A stretch of DNA of 51,669 bases, from contig NC_068984.1 of the NCBI RefSeq assembly GCF_001194135.2, positions 113,552,314 through 113,603,982 of the forward strand, written 5' to 3'. Positions 23,251 through 36,244 of this stretch are shown one piece after another (the first letter of the stretch is position 1; every line of letters begins with the position of its first letter). The notes beneath the pieces are model-generated. The model searched no databases, was not told the origin of the DNA, and saw only the letters and a program-made list of their open reading frames with translations. The DNA is from Octopus bimaculoides. Taxonomy: Eukaryota. The translations under genes and the position numbers were made by a program.

Positions 23251-25984
23251 TACGGACGATCGAGTTAAATGTGTTTATTTACTTGGATGCCGATCCTGGT
23301 TCTGGGCCGCTTTACTTCCATTTTGATTGGATGAGTTCAGATTAAATTTGCAGACAACTAGAAAGCACTGTATACTGTCGTCATTGCTCCACAGACTATT
23401 CTTTGTACCCTTTATATGTTAGGTTCTGCTTTTCTTTTTGGAATTCATTTATTCCCGCTTATTAAGTTTCTCATCAAGTGGTATCATGATAAACTTTCTC
23501 TCTCACTTTATTTCACTCTCTCTCTCTCTCACTCCCTTTCTATTTATCTATCTCTGTCTATCTATCTATCTATTTATCTATTTATCTATCTACATATTTA
23601 TATATCTATCTCTCACTATCTTATCTCTCTCAATTGTTTTTTTATTATTATTATTATTATTCATATTGTAATTCTTCTTTGGTTACGTTTTACTTTCAGA
23701 AGTTTAATTGAAAGTCATTCAGTACATAGAAACGATGGCTGCTGATTGCTTAGACGGTACAATTTCTCAATTCCAACCAAAGAATAAATTATACCCCTCT
23801 TCTCGCCACCAAAACTCTTTTCCTAATACAGTGATATCCTAGTCTCCGCCATCTCAGTTGTAGATAATCACCAGAGAAACACATCGCGAATAGTAGCCAT
23901 ATCTTGTCAACACAGTGAAAATGCCTTATATATATGAAAATATGAATGGTCAAGGCCAGAACACTTTCATAATTAGTCGGACCTTGGAGTAAAGAAGAAC
24001 AACAACAACCTTCTACAGTACCATGTAATTGAGTATTTAACTTGAAATAATATATTCAAATGTTTGTATGAGAGAAACAATGACTGTATTTGTATGGGAT
24101 ATATTTGCATAGAAAAAACAAATTCTGATTCCAACATTCCTCGTCAACATTGCCATTTGATCTGGCTTTTCATTTTGATTATAGACATTGTCTAATGATG
24201 AGCAGACTGCAACCCCTCCAGCTAACATAAAGAAAATACTTCCTCGGTGAATGGGTAATGAATGTCCGAATTAAATGTCAGAGTTAATTTTTATACTTGG
24301 GCTTTGGCAGTTACACTTTACACCAGTCAGTTATCAATAGTAGATACCATATATGTTTTTGGTATTTTGATTAGAATCTCATTAATATTCTGCAAAATCT
24401 TTTTTTTTTATGGTTTTTATCTACGTACAAAACAAAGGAATCACACTGACCTTTCGGTGAGAGCATAAAGCACTTGTATGGCTCTACTTTATCAAATATT
24501 ATAGAAACTAACTGAAGAAGTGGAAGAAGCCAAATAAAATGTTGTTTTAATTAATTTAATTTCAATAGTAATAGAAGTATATATAAATAGAAATGTAAGA
24601 CATTTTGAAGTACAGAGAATATAATTAATATTGAGAAAAGTTTCCGCAAACTAATCAAAAATTAATTACTTTGTGTAACTTTTTGATTTAAGAAAATGTT
24701 TGAAGTTCTAGAAATATTTTTATAGAATTTCTAAGTGATATAGTACTGAAGGCATGTGATGGTATATAAAAGTTTACGTCTGAATGTGTGTTTTATTAAT
24801 GCATAATACATGGTCAGAATTGTATAAATAAACATCGATTTTGATTGTGTCATCAAGACTGAGTGACACTGTTTTGATATCTGTTAGCCATACTTTAGTT
24901 ATGGTTATGTGAAACGCTAGAGCATTAGAGTATTAGAATATTTGTAGGATTTAATATGTATAATTCTGAAATAAATATTGAAACCAACAGTGATCAACAC
25001 AATTACTTTCCTAAGTGACACGCTGTTGATTTTTAAGCAGAAAGACGGCAATATGTCAACTCAGTATTTGAGGCACTGCTGGCTATGTAGAAAAGCCAAA
25101 ATGAAGTCGTTCGAGTGTCACACCTTCTATGCAAGGATTGCATTATTACCTGCTATCGGTTTCCATTCTAGATTGATAATTATAGAATTGAAAGTAGAAC
25201 GACGTTGTAAACATTCCTATCACGAGCCGAACACCAATCAAGTTCTGCATTGTGAGATTAAATGTTTGTATCCTTTACATACTAAGATATTTTTCAAGAC
25301 AGATCCATCTTACCTTACTTGGTAGCTATTGCTGTTAGAATTAAGTATTATATTTATGGACATACTGTCATGCAAGTGACATAAAATCACGAGTTGTTCA
25401 TGTCTTTCCGAGATCTTTAGTAAGAGTTTAACAACCGAATATGATTGAGATTACGACCTATTCATTTTAATTTAATGAATTACACGCCGAGTTTCTATTA
25501 ATATAGAAAAGCGCTCACCATCCTAATAAGATTCTAATTTCCTTGTCTAACAAATAATTAATTCTTTTCCAATAATTTTCTGAAACCTATTCGGTTTTCT
25601 AATATCGTTAATTTATGGAAAGTAAAACTTAACAAAATGATTGTGAAGACTTGTTACTTAAAAAGTAAGGACAATAAGACATAGCTACATTGCACCACAA
25701 ATATATAAAATATTTAGCGCTTATTCACACATTTTTTTAATTGAATATATAATAACAATCAATAGGCAATGATATAAGGATTGGGTTTCTTCAGGTATTT
25801 AGAGATTATTAGGCGCAAATCATTTCTACACTGTAAAAACATACGTGAAGAGAGATTGTTGTAAGCCAAAGATTTCTTGCTTCATATCTCTGATACCGAG
25901 TATTTATCACATTCTTTGCTACAACCAATAGATATGCAAGTCTGGCACACAAAGTGATTGCATTATTTTAAATATCGTTGGTGC

Positions 25985-26300
25985 AAAGGACAAAATGCTT
26001 AGTGGCATTTCTTCCGGCTTTCCGTCCTGAGTTCAAATTCCGTCGATAAAATAAGAACTTGCTTCTACCCAAAAATTCCAGAACTTGTGCCTGTATTAAA
26101 AAGTATTTATTTTTTAAATATATTAAGGCGACTAGCCTGTAGAATCGTTAGCACGCCGAACAAAATTCTTAGCAGCATTTCGTCCGTCTTTACGTTCTGA
26201 GTACCAGTTCCGTTGAAATCAATATTGCCTTTCATTGTTTCAGAGTCGATAAAACAAGTACCAGTCATTAAAATAAGTGCCAGTCCTCCTCCCCACAAAA
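25985..26300 (+). mobile_element. Two adjacent degenerate SINE family B copies (25985-26105, 26125-26300)
   Basis: Both carry the aatgcttag/ttcttagc...tctgag block and agaacttgtgcc or gcctttcat...gtcgataaaacaagtacc. Confidence 0.7.
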
Positions 26301-27524
26301 AACGGCTGACCCGCAACCAAAATTTCAAACCATTATTTTAAAATAATTTAATAAAATATTTACTTGATGGAATCAATATATGGAACCAGATGTAGAAGGA
26401 GAAAACAAAATGAAATCCATATTTATAAAGAGTATAAGCAACAGGATTGATATCTCACTATTACAAAAGTAATTTCAAAGTACTGACCATCGTTTTCCCA
26501 GAACCTAGCTATATTCAACGGCTCCCGCGTATAAACGTTAATAAAATAATTTCTATAATCTATATAAATCCATAAGATAGGATAGTAAGTAAACTTACAT
26601 TTTCCGAGCCAAAAATATATTGTATGATGTTCATTCTGAAGTGCATTAATAGGTTGTGTAAAATAGCTTGCAATCGGAACCAAAAAGAAAACCCCATCTC
26701 GATTAACAAGGGACATAATTCGAGTGTATATAATTTACCAATACAGCACTAAACATCGAGAGTAGTAAGAAAATAGAATTAGTGATTGGTAGAAGTTAAT
26801 CTAGCAAATAATAATAATAATTTATGCTAATTTGGTAGAAACAGTTACTTATTTTCTTTGTTCTTTTGTTTTTAAGGTAAGAAACTAGTTCTAATACATT
26901 GCATCATTGAATAGTGTAACTGCACAGGGGACTGTGTAGTGACGACTCTTCCTGACAAATCTAAACCATCTGAGCGATGAAACAAAGGATATTGGCGATA
27001 TTTCGATGACGCAGATGCACATGATAACTGACCGCTGCAACGAAAGATAGGCTGTCTATTTTTAGTTTGAAGACGTTCAAGGGCTAACTTGCAATGAACT
27101 TGAATCATAGTGAGGGAGGACTGCATCAGACGACCTTCGCCTTTGACTTTCTGGTTCAGTGGCAAGTCATACAAAACGGTTGTGGACGTATAACAGAGAC
27201 ACTATGGATAATAAGAGGTCGTATAATAAGGGAACGTATAACAGGGATGCAAGTTCGAAAGTACACGTCCTACAGCAACAAACATTACACTGAAAATTCA
27301 GTTTTTATCTGAGTGGAGTGAACAACCCTTAAACAATTCCACCGAGAGTTTAAAATACATCGGCTGCCTTCAACTTGGCTTAAAAAACTTGCTAATGTCG
27401 TATCCCGGGAAACAGTGCATTGCTATGCGCGTATTGCTTGTGGTGCTACAGCTGATAAGTAGGTACCTGGTAGGAGCCAGTGGTGAACGAGTTCACCAAG
27501 AAAGAGATTGGTTGGACTTCTACA

Positions 27525-27780
27525 GGAGGGGTGTGGCTTAATGGTTAGGGTATTGGACTCATGATCATAAGATTGTGGTTACGATTCCTGAACCTAGTGA
27601 CACGTTGTGTTCTCGAGCAAAGCACTCCATTTCACGTTGCTCCAGTTCACTCAGTTAGCAAAAATTAGTAATCTTGCAACGGACCGGCATCCTATCTAGG
27701 TGGGGAATTCATACGCCATGGAAACCGAGAAGCTGACTCTTATGATTCGGCATGACTCGAGAAGATAACTTTATCTTTTT
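27525..27780 (+). mobile_element. SINE family D, tail type 2
   Basis: gtggcttaatggttaggg head and cacgttgtgttctcgagcaaagcac...ttcacgttgctccagttcactcag core; 3' half unrelated to the 19468 copy. Confidence 0.75.
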
Positions 27781-29558
27781 TTTTAACCTACAGAAAATAT
27801 TTTCCCTTTTCGATGCTCCTACCTTTGTAGATACCTGACAAACTACCTCGAGTTCCATGCACGCACCACACGACAAAAATCAAAAGACGTCCATGTATAA
27901 GTTTACGTGCATGTGAATGTGTCCTTTCCACTTTATGACACTGGCAAAATGTTTGGTTATAATAATACGAAAGAACCAGTTTATTGATAATGTGTGGATT
28001 TTTGTCAGACCTCCATCATGCTGTTAAAACGTAAGACACAAAGGTCATTGCAGACAATCACAATAATATAAAGCATCATTGAACTGTAGAAAGCTTTAGG
28101 TTATCATGAATAATGAAACTATTTGGAAATGGAATTGAAGGTTAGGGAAGCCTACAGCAAATAGATAACTCCATAAAGTGCGGGTTTAGTTTAATATACT
28201 GGCATTCTGGAACTGGGTAGCCATTAATATTAGTTTGGAATTGGCTGTTGGACACACACTCGAAGTTCACAGAAGATTGACTATTTCAAGACACTTCAGG
28301 AACATGCTTATCTGAAGCACTATAACTGTTTCGAATACTTCTTGAGGAGATTGGAATAAATCACTTTTAACGGACGGCTATCTAGATTGGAATTTAGAGG
28401 GTGTCGTCAATAAAGTCAAGTCGAACCTTTGGAAAGTTTGCTTACTATTTCAAGATTTTTTTTAATGCTCACAAATGAAAACATTCCTTACCAATGACAA
28501 ATTTCAGTACATTTTCTGATGCCCATCAATCACACATGGTACCACAAACTATCTACAATTAACAGATTACCACACCCTGGCGCTGGCATTGTCAGGCAGA
28601 CTAAACCAGGTTGAAGTGAACCGACGAAAGATTTCTATCTTTCTGCATATATTATTATACAGGTGTACCACATGTTTCACTTTAGTGGAAACTTTTCGAT
28701 GAAGTCCTATAACAATTAGAGGTGTTTTTCCCTCCAGAAACATTAATATCAAATAATATATAACTGATCATCATGAATTGATTAATGGATAGGTGAGCCA
28801 TATTTAAGATAAGAAAAAACATCTTATGGAGAAGCCTTTTAACAGCGGAGATGTCCTTACCTATGTCTATTGTAGAATTCATGCACAGGAAGACGATAGA
28901 ACCGAAAATACTTTGTTGATAAGGAAAATAATGAATTAAAGATGGGATTGATTAAAAGTAATATCAAACTCAAATATTCCTATTTCCAATGTTTTAGTAT
29001 TTTCGAAAATCAAATCTTTTCGGCATCAATACTACATTTCAGACATTTGAGCTCGGTAAAATAATTACCCAGCGTACGCTCGCTATGGTGTGATCGTATG
29101 AGTAAGAGGTCCGTTTGGTTATAACGTGGCTTCGGGTTCGATTTCAACATACGGATGCCTGGAAAAGAATCTTTTATTGTAAATTCAAATCAAATGAAAT
29201 TGTGGTGACATAAAACTGAGGACAAGACTGTTAGGTATTCTATACATGTTCTTCTGTGATATTAATACGTTGCCTAGCTACATACCATCATTTAACGGCA
29301 CTAATTAAAGTAACTTTAATAAGTCTAACCTATTGCAAGTAACCGGAACTGAAGGTTGTTTTCTCTCAGCAGTCTTAAAGGCTCTGCAATGCCCTTATTT
29401 TTCAATGACTAATCAGTACACCAAAAGTGCTGTAGCTGATTCGATCTGTTATCATCTTCACTACTAAAGTGTAACCACGTCAGAAAAATTTTTAATATTT
29501 TGGAAAAAAAAAATATAGAAATACAGATAGATATATAAATAAATGTAGAATATATATT

Positions 29559-29589
<31 letters not shown>

Positions 29590-29739
29590 TCATTTATTTC
29601 GTGCGTTTTAGTCCATTTTTTTAAAGCGATGGGAGAAAGCTTGAAGGTTAAAAAACAAAATCTAAAAAACTTTTGAACTTTTGAACTTTTCCACTTATGT
29701 AAACCTCCTTTATTACCTTTATCATCTTTATCTCCGTAT

Positions 29740-29776
29740 TCTTTCTGTTGAAGAGCGTAGCTCGAAACGTTAAAGA
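29740..29776 (+). ncRNA. Minimal type I hammerhead motif of Penelope-like terminal repeat type (A6U variant)
   Basis: TCTTT-CTGTTGA-A-GAGC gta GCTC-GAAA-CGTT-AAAGA; stem I TCTTT/AAAGA is perfect. Confidence 0.65.
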
Positions 29777-31209
29777 CTTTCTGTATTCCCGAGCGTCAAA
29801 CTAATACATCCTTCTGTTGTTTACACCACCTGTCCTCGTCTGTTGTTTTTTTTTCGTACATTCTCCCANNNNNNNNNNNNNNNNNNNNNNNNNNNNNNNN
29901 NNNNNNNNNNNNNNNNNNNNNNNNNNNNNNNNNNNNNNNNNNNNNNNNNNNNNNNNNNNNNNNNNNNNNNNNNNNNNNNNNNNNNNNNNNNNNNNNNNNN
30001 NNNNNNNNNNNNNNNNNNNNNNNNNNNNNNNNNNNNNNNNNNNTAGGTTTGCGGTATCAGGGTTGACTTGAGGCTAAATAACGACAACATTAAGGTAAAT
30101 TTCTATATTAACACCCGCACAATTTTCACTAAGAAAAAAAAAAGAAAAAAATTTGATTTTTTGCGTGGAATCAAGTACCCTGACATCCTGATATGCTGCA
30201 AATCCCTTATTTTAGTTCGGAAAAAATGAGGTGGGGTGTTCCCCCACCAATCCTGGAATCATTGGAAATTTTTTGTTTTCGTTGAATGAATTCCTGTGAC
30301 CTAATATTGCAAAATTAGGTTACTCAAGATGAGCCTGGTAACTGTTGGCTTTGGGGTCTTGTTTGTAACTTTTGGTGAGCCATGGTGCAACCAACATGGT
30401 AAAAATCCCTGCCATTGATTTTGTGTGGATGGGTAATATCAAATAATTCAATCACAACGTGTATTTAAATTAAACATGAAAACAATTGAAATATTATCAC
30501 CACTTACATGGAAAACTTGAAATATTACCTTTCAGTATTTTATAAAGTAAAATCTTAAATTATTAATTGACACATTATTAATTATCTTATAAAAGCAATG
30601 CCTGGAAAAATCATGGATTACATGGAAAAATGCGAGCATGAAAAGTAATATTCTTAAGATTATAAACCTGGAAAAGTACAGGACAAGTTATTAATTCTAG
30701 TAAAGTAAAGAATAAGAAACGTTTTACTTAAAATATTGTAGCTAAAATTAAAATTTGAATATTAGAAATTAGTTTATTATAGTTTACAAATAACACTATA
30801 CGTATTGAAGTAGAATTTGGCTAATTTACTACTTTAAATACAGAAAAAAAGTGACGAATTAGAAAAACTTACAAATTAGCTAAACAGTTTTGTACAATAA
30901 ATTCAAAAGATGAGAACTGTAAAGAATGATAAATTAGAAGAACTGGCATTCTTTGCTGCAATATTTTAAGTAAAAATTCTTAAGAATATTACTTTTCATG
31001 CACGCATTTTGCCATGCAATATATATATCTTGTTAGCTGCTGGAGGGGAGTAGGGGTTCACTCCCTCTGCTCGCGATATATTGTATATAAAGAATGCAGA
31101 ACGTTGCACCGATAACCAGCGGGTGGAGAATCTGCCTGGGATTAAACTAGTAGTAATATTCATCTGCCATTTTGAGATTTTATAATTAGCCATTTTGCTT
31201 TTGTGTGTG

Positions 31210-31241
<32 letters not shown>

Positions 31242-31959
31242 TGCGTGTATCTAAATTGGCGCTACCACATCATTGGCACACCTCTCGAGCTGAAACAAGT
31301 AAAAATGATTAGATAGATAGATAGATAGATAGATAGAGTGAGTGAGTGAGTGAGTGAGTTTGCAGACCCACAGACGTTCACCTTCCAAATGAATGTAGGC
31401 CAATTCTCTAGAATACGGTCGTAGGAACATTTATTACATTCATCACTTCGTCTAATGGACCTTTTGATGACTGCTTGATCATTAAAAGATGAACGCAGAA
31501 TTGTTATCCATCTGATTGAGAATCACAGATAAATGCTGGCTAAGAACGTCTTGAATGAAATAGAAGGTAAAACAAAGAGTGTTTGAGAAAAAGAGAGAGA
31601 GAGAGATTGGGTTGTGAGTAGGAATGTAGGGAGGAGAAAGAAAAGAAAGTGGACGGAGATCGTGAAGCGTAGAGCGGCGCTGGTGAGGGAAGGTAGGGGA
31701 AGGATGTGAGGACAATATTCAATAAATAGACTTGGTTGCTTGTAGCAATTACAAGGAAACAATAGTAAATAGAATAGAACGAGAAGTACATGTCGATCAT
31801 GGCGGAGTTACTGATATTGTAGCATCTTAGCAGATTGCGCTTAACGGAAAGATTAATGGTGAACTAGTTTAATGGAATATAAATCGAGTCAAGCAACATA
31901 TATGACAAGGAAAACCACAACACGTAGGTTATGTTTTCGTGTACAATATAATAAAAGTT

Positions 31960-32236
31960 GAGGTGTGGCTGTGTGGCAAGAAGCTTGCTTCCCAACCGCA
32001 TGGCTTCGGGTTCCATCCTATAGCGAGTGGCTTCTGCTATAGCCTCGGGCAGATCAAACACTTGTGAGTGAAGTGTATATACGGAAACTGAAAGAATCTG
32101 TGTGTGTGTGTGTGTGTGTGAGTTTGTCTTTGTGTCTGAGTCCCAGCACCACTGCTTGACAATCAATTTGGCGTTGTTAATCTCCCGTAACTTAGGTGTT
32201 CGGCAAAAGAGGCGAATAGTATAAGTACCAGGCTTA
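31960..32236 (+). mobile_element. SINE family A, 3'-truncated at its junction with the PLE RT remnant
   Basis: gtggctgtgtggcaagaagcttgcttcccaacc head, internal (TG)n, body to ataagtaccaggctt. Confidence 0.85.
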
Positions 32237-33200
32237 CCTAGCATATCGTTTTAGCATCAATGTACATGACACTGGTACTTTTGGTTATCATACCATGAGT
32301 CGATCTTATTTACCTTCTTCTTGGTCCTTTTTATGCTATTCCCTGCGTAACTCCTGTATAGTGGGTAGATCCTATTTGCATCAATCTCTATGATAGCCTT
32401 GTACTTAGCCCTGGCTCCTTTGTACACTCTGATTCTGTTTCTTTGGTTGTACCCAGAAAAACTCCATGCGGTAGATGAAGTTTTGTATGTGTCTCTTATT
32501 CCATTGGGTGACTTATTCGGCACACGTTTCTCATCAATCTTATTAAATCCGCTTTTAGAATATCGAACTTGATATTATTCGCAATAGCTGCGTTCCTATG
32601 GACCAGGTAATTACATGTCATGGGTTTGCCATAGTTGGAATGAAGGCTCCGGACCTTGTTATTGCCAGTTTGCAGCCACAGTTCTTTGCCTAAGACCGGT
32701 TGTCTATAGTTAGCGTGCTTGCTAAGGTAATCTACAGTTGCTTTAATACTCTGGAAGATGAATTTAGCAATTTGCTGGATGCTCTCTATAGTGCCAGTTT
32801 CAGTTCATAGACACTGTTTTGTAGGAGTGTTTTTGCCACAACGTTGATATCATCCACATAGCGGTAGTACACGGTTAGGGTTATGGAGCTTTCTGTTAAG
32901 CGTTCTTTGAGTCTCCTATCCTACCATACCATAAAGGGGTTAGCCACGTTGCCAGTGATACTGACACTGATTACTGCACCCTCTTCTTGGGCACATACCT
33001 TGTTATTAAACCTGAACATGTAGCCCTTTAGTGTGACTTCGGTACTCGCACCTACCGTATGTGCAACTGTTTTTTTCCACCCGATCGTAGTTTTCACGGG
33101 TCCATATGGCTCTAGTCCACTCGTTGCATCTTTTTCTAGGGGTATTCTTGACCACTGAGTTTACACTAAGGGGTCTCCCTCTTACTGATCTACTGGGACG
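32237..33200 (-). mobile_element. Penelope-like element reverse transcriptase remnant (stops and frameshifts)
   Basis: YMFRFNNKVCAQEEGAVISVSITGNVANPFMVW*DRRLK...VYYRYVDDINVV (YVDD at 32860-32849), then QPVLGKELW...YGKPM...LVHRNAAIANNIKFDILKADLIRLMRN and SGYNQRNRIRVY, which fit PLE RT and thumb motifs. Confidence 0.9.
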
Positions 33201-33274
33201 GAAACAGCTCTAGTAATGTTTTTATGTAATTTACACACACACACATACGTATGTATGCATGTATATATATGTGT

Positions 33275-33314
<40 letters not shown>

Positions 33315-33483
33315 GTGTGTAAAATTTATGGAGTTATGAATAGTATACATGTGTGTGTGTGTGTGTCTGTCTGCGTAATATATGTATATATGTATATGTA
33401 CATATACATGTGTGTATATTTATGCACTTGTGTAAATTCTATAGATTTACGCATTGCGCAGTTCGTTATGTATGTATGTATGT

Positions 33484-33517
<34 letters not shown>

Positions 33518-33754
33518 GGATAGATAGATAGATAGATGCATATATACATACATATACACGTGCGTAGACAAACATTTACAAACTTGCATCCAAACATAAA
33601 AACATTCATATGTACATACATATATCAACTAAGTAAATGCAAATGCCCACAAATTTAGTTCAGAATGAAGCAGACACAACTTTATTCTTATCAATATCAA
33701 TATCAATATCAATGTTATTCTTATCAATATCAATAATTAATATTCAGCAGTAGA

Positions 33755-33976
33755 AAGGCAGCAAGCTTTCGGAAACGTTAGCACGTCGGGCGAAATGCTT
33801 AGCGGGATTTCGTCTGTCTCTACGTTCTGAGTTCAAATTCCGCCGAGGTCGACTTTGCCTCTCGTCCATTCGGGGGTCGATAAATTAAGTACCAGTTGCA
33901 TTCTGGGGTCGATCTAATGCACTGGCCCCCCTCCCATAAATTTTTGACCCTTGTGCCTAGAGTATGAAAGAATATT
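33755..33976 (+). mobile_element. SINE family B, full length
   Basis: Close to family consensus from head to agtatgaaagaatatt tail. Confidence 0.9.
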
Positions 33977-34155
33977 ATCTATTGTGTTTATTCCATAGTA
34001 ATGAATATTAATATAACTCCTAATTACATATACGTATTTTGATGTTATACGTATCAGATTGTTAATGAGAATCGAGACACCGTTTTTAAATCAAAGATGG
34101 GATAGAGAGGGCTGAGTGACATATAAAGTATGTATTTCTTTTGATGCTTTTAAAT

Positions 34156-34374
34156 AATATTCTTTTCTACTCTAGGTACAAGGCCCAAAATTTTGGAGGA
34201 GAGGGCCAGTCAAATAGATCGACTCCAGTCCACAACTGCTACTTAATTATCGACCCCGAAAGGATGAAAGGTGAAGTCGACCTTGGTGGAATTTGAACTC
34301 AGAACGTAATGACAGACAAAATGCCGCTAAGCATTTCGCCCGGCGTGCTAACGCTTCTGCCAGCTCGCCGCTTT
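34156..34374 (-). mobile_element. SINE family B, full length, inverted relative to 33755-33976
   Basis: TSD cttttaaataatatt (34147-34161) / cttttaaatattatt (34376-34390). Confidence 0.9.
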
Positions 34375-35097
34375 ACTTTTAAATATTATTAAGGTCAGTA
34401 CACCACTAAACAGATCCAGTTAAGATGTAATTGCATTTATGTGTTTGGTATATTATAACTTTCAAGGTTTTCATTACTAGGAAATACATCGGTTAAATTC
34501 AAGTTTACTGTTGAATTTTAACTAGTTAATATTGCTATGGAAGAACTAAGTATGAAAGAAATTTAACCTCCTCTTCATGAAGAAAAAAAAGAAAACGAAA
34601 TAAGCGAATCAATCAATATGGCGCCGTGGAAATGATGAATCGTAGTGTTTATCCAACATGATTAACATGGCGACGGTCTGATCTCATATTACAGAATGTG
34701 TGATGGCCATCGTTAAGTTCTTCTTTGGTGAACGCGACGACCAGGAATTATAAAGAACCTCGTTTGTCTTCATAGATATGCCCACAATAAATTACAGCCG
34801 CAACCTCACTGGAACCAAAGGAAGATGGTTTGAAAGGCTGAAATCAAAGCAAAATGTGTAAATATTTGAATTCGCTTGGGAACTTGCATAAAATTATAAG
34901 GCGCGAAAACAAATAAAGACATTCAGAATTCCCTCTTAGTTCACAAAAAGAGTATCACAGATGCACATTTGTGTGTGTGTATCTGTGTGCGCGTATTTAT
35001 GTGTGCCTGTGTGTATGCGTGTGTATATGTACATATACATATACTCATAAATATATATATACACATTATACACATATATACATATATATACATAGGA

Positions 35098-35131
<34 letters not shown>

Positions 35132-35185
35132 GTGTGTGTGTGTGTATATATATATACATATATATCATATACATACATACATACA

Positions 35186-35219
<34 letters not shown>

Positions 35220-35221
35220 AG

Positions 35222-35772
35222 TATTCCAGAGAACAAGGTGTCATCATTCCTTTTTTTCTCTTGTTTTGTACGATCACACTTCGAATACTCCTGCCCCCTG
35301 TGTTCACCCAATGCAAAACTAAACATTTCAAAAACTAAATCATCCCACAAGGCATTTACTAAAAGAATTAAGGGCATGACTGATCTCGATTATTGGGACC
35401 GCCTTAAAGCATTGAAACTCTATTCTCTCCAGCGCCGCCGTGAGTGATACGTCATCTGCACGTTGTGGAGAATATACCACAAGCATTTGCCAAACGACTT
35501 CACCATTAGTTTCAGAATTCATCCAAGGCTAGGACCTCGGACCATACGTTCACTACCCAATTCATGATCACAACACATAAATACACCTGTAACACAATTT
35601 CTTTTCCTCAACAGGCCCTGCACTATTTAATATTGTCCTAAATCAGATCATAGAGGAAAAGGATCCCATCACCTTTAAATGGAATCTGGACTAATTTCTT
35701 CAAGGAACGCCAGATAAATCATCTATACCTGGATACAACTCACTCAACAAGTACTCCGTACTTGAATAGGCT
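35222..35772 (+). mobile_element. CR1-type LINE 3' end (RT C-terminus), 5'-truncated
   Basis: [15 protein letters not shown]...FTKRIKGMTDLDYWDRLKALKLYSLQRRRE*Y matches the CR1-group LEY...WSP / Y.ERL..L.L.SL..RR motifs. Confidence 0.9.
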
Positions 35773-35832
35773 TTTTTTATATCCTGCTTCGTTACTGTTA
35801 TATCCTTTATATGTCGGTATATTAATATGCCC

Positions 35833-36200
35833 ACAATAAAGCGTTCTGCATGTCCATTAGATCTGGGATGGTATGGTTCCGTAGTTATGTTCAACGCGAA
35901 CATTTCACAAAATTTCTTAAATTCGCTAGACACAAATTGCATTCCATTGTCAGACACTATTGCGTCTGGGATGTCAAATTTTGCAAACAATTCGTGTAAA
36001 AAATTTATCAGAGTTGAGGAGGTTGGTTTTTTATACTTAACAATTACAGGCCATTTCGAGAAACTATCAACTACCACTAAGTAATAAAAACCATTTAAAG
36101 GACTCGCTGCATCGATATGTAGCCTCGACCATGGAACATCTACTTTTCTCCAAGGTTCACCCTTTATCGCGGGAAATTTTTTCGCGAACGGTACATTTCA
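35833..36200 (-). mobile_element. Gypsy/Ty3 integrase core remnant
   Basis: PWSRLHIDAASPLNGFYYLVVVDSFSKWP...IPDAIVSDNGMQFVSSEFKKFC...PYHPRSNGHAERF (D,D35E core). Confidence 0.92.
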
Positions 36201-36244
36201 TTTTGATTTAAATATATGTACACAACTTTGCTTTACTGCGAATT

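Noticed and set aside
27950-28910. Protein-like minus-strand fragments (NINGYPVPECQYIKLNPHF; possible 50 nt exon ending at 28862)
   Set aside because: No family recognised, frequent stops, weak acceptor
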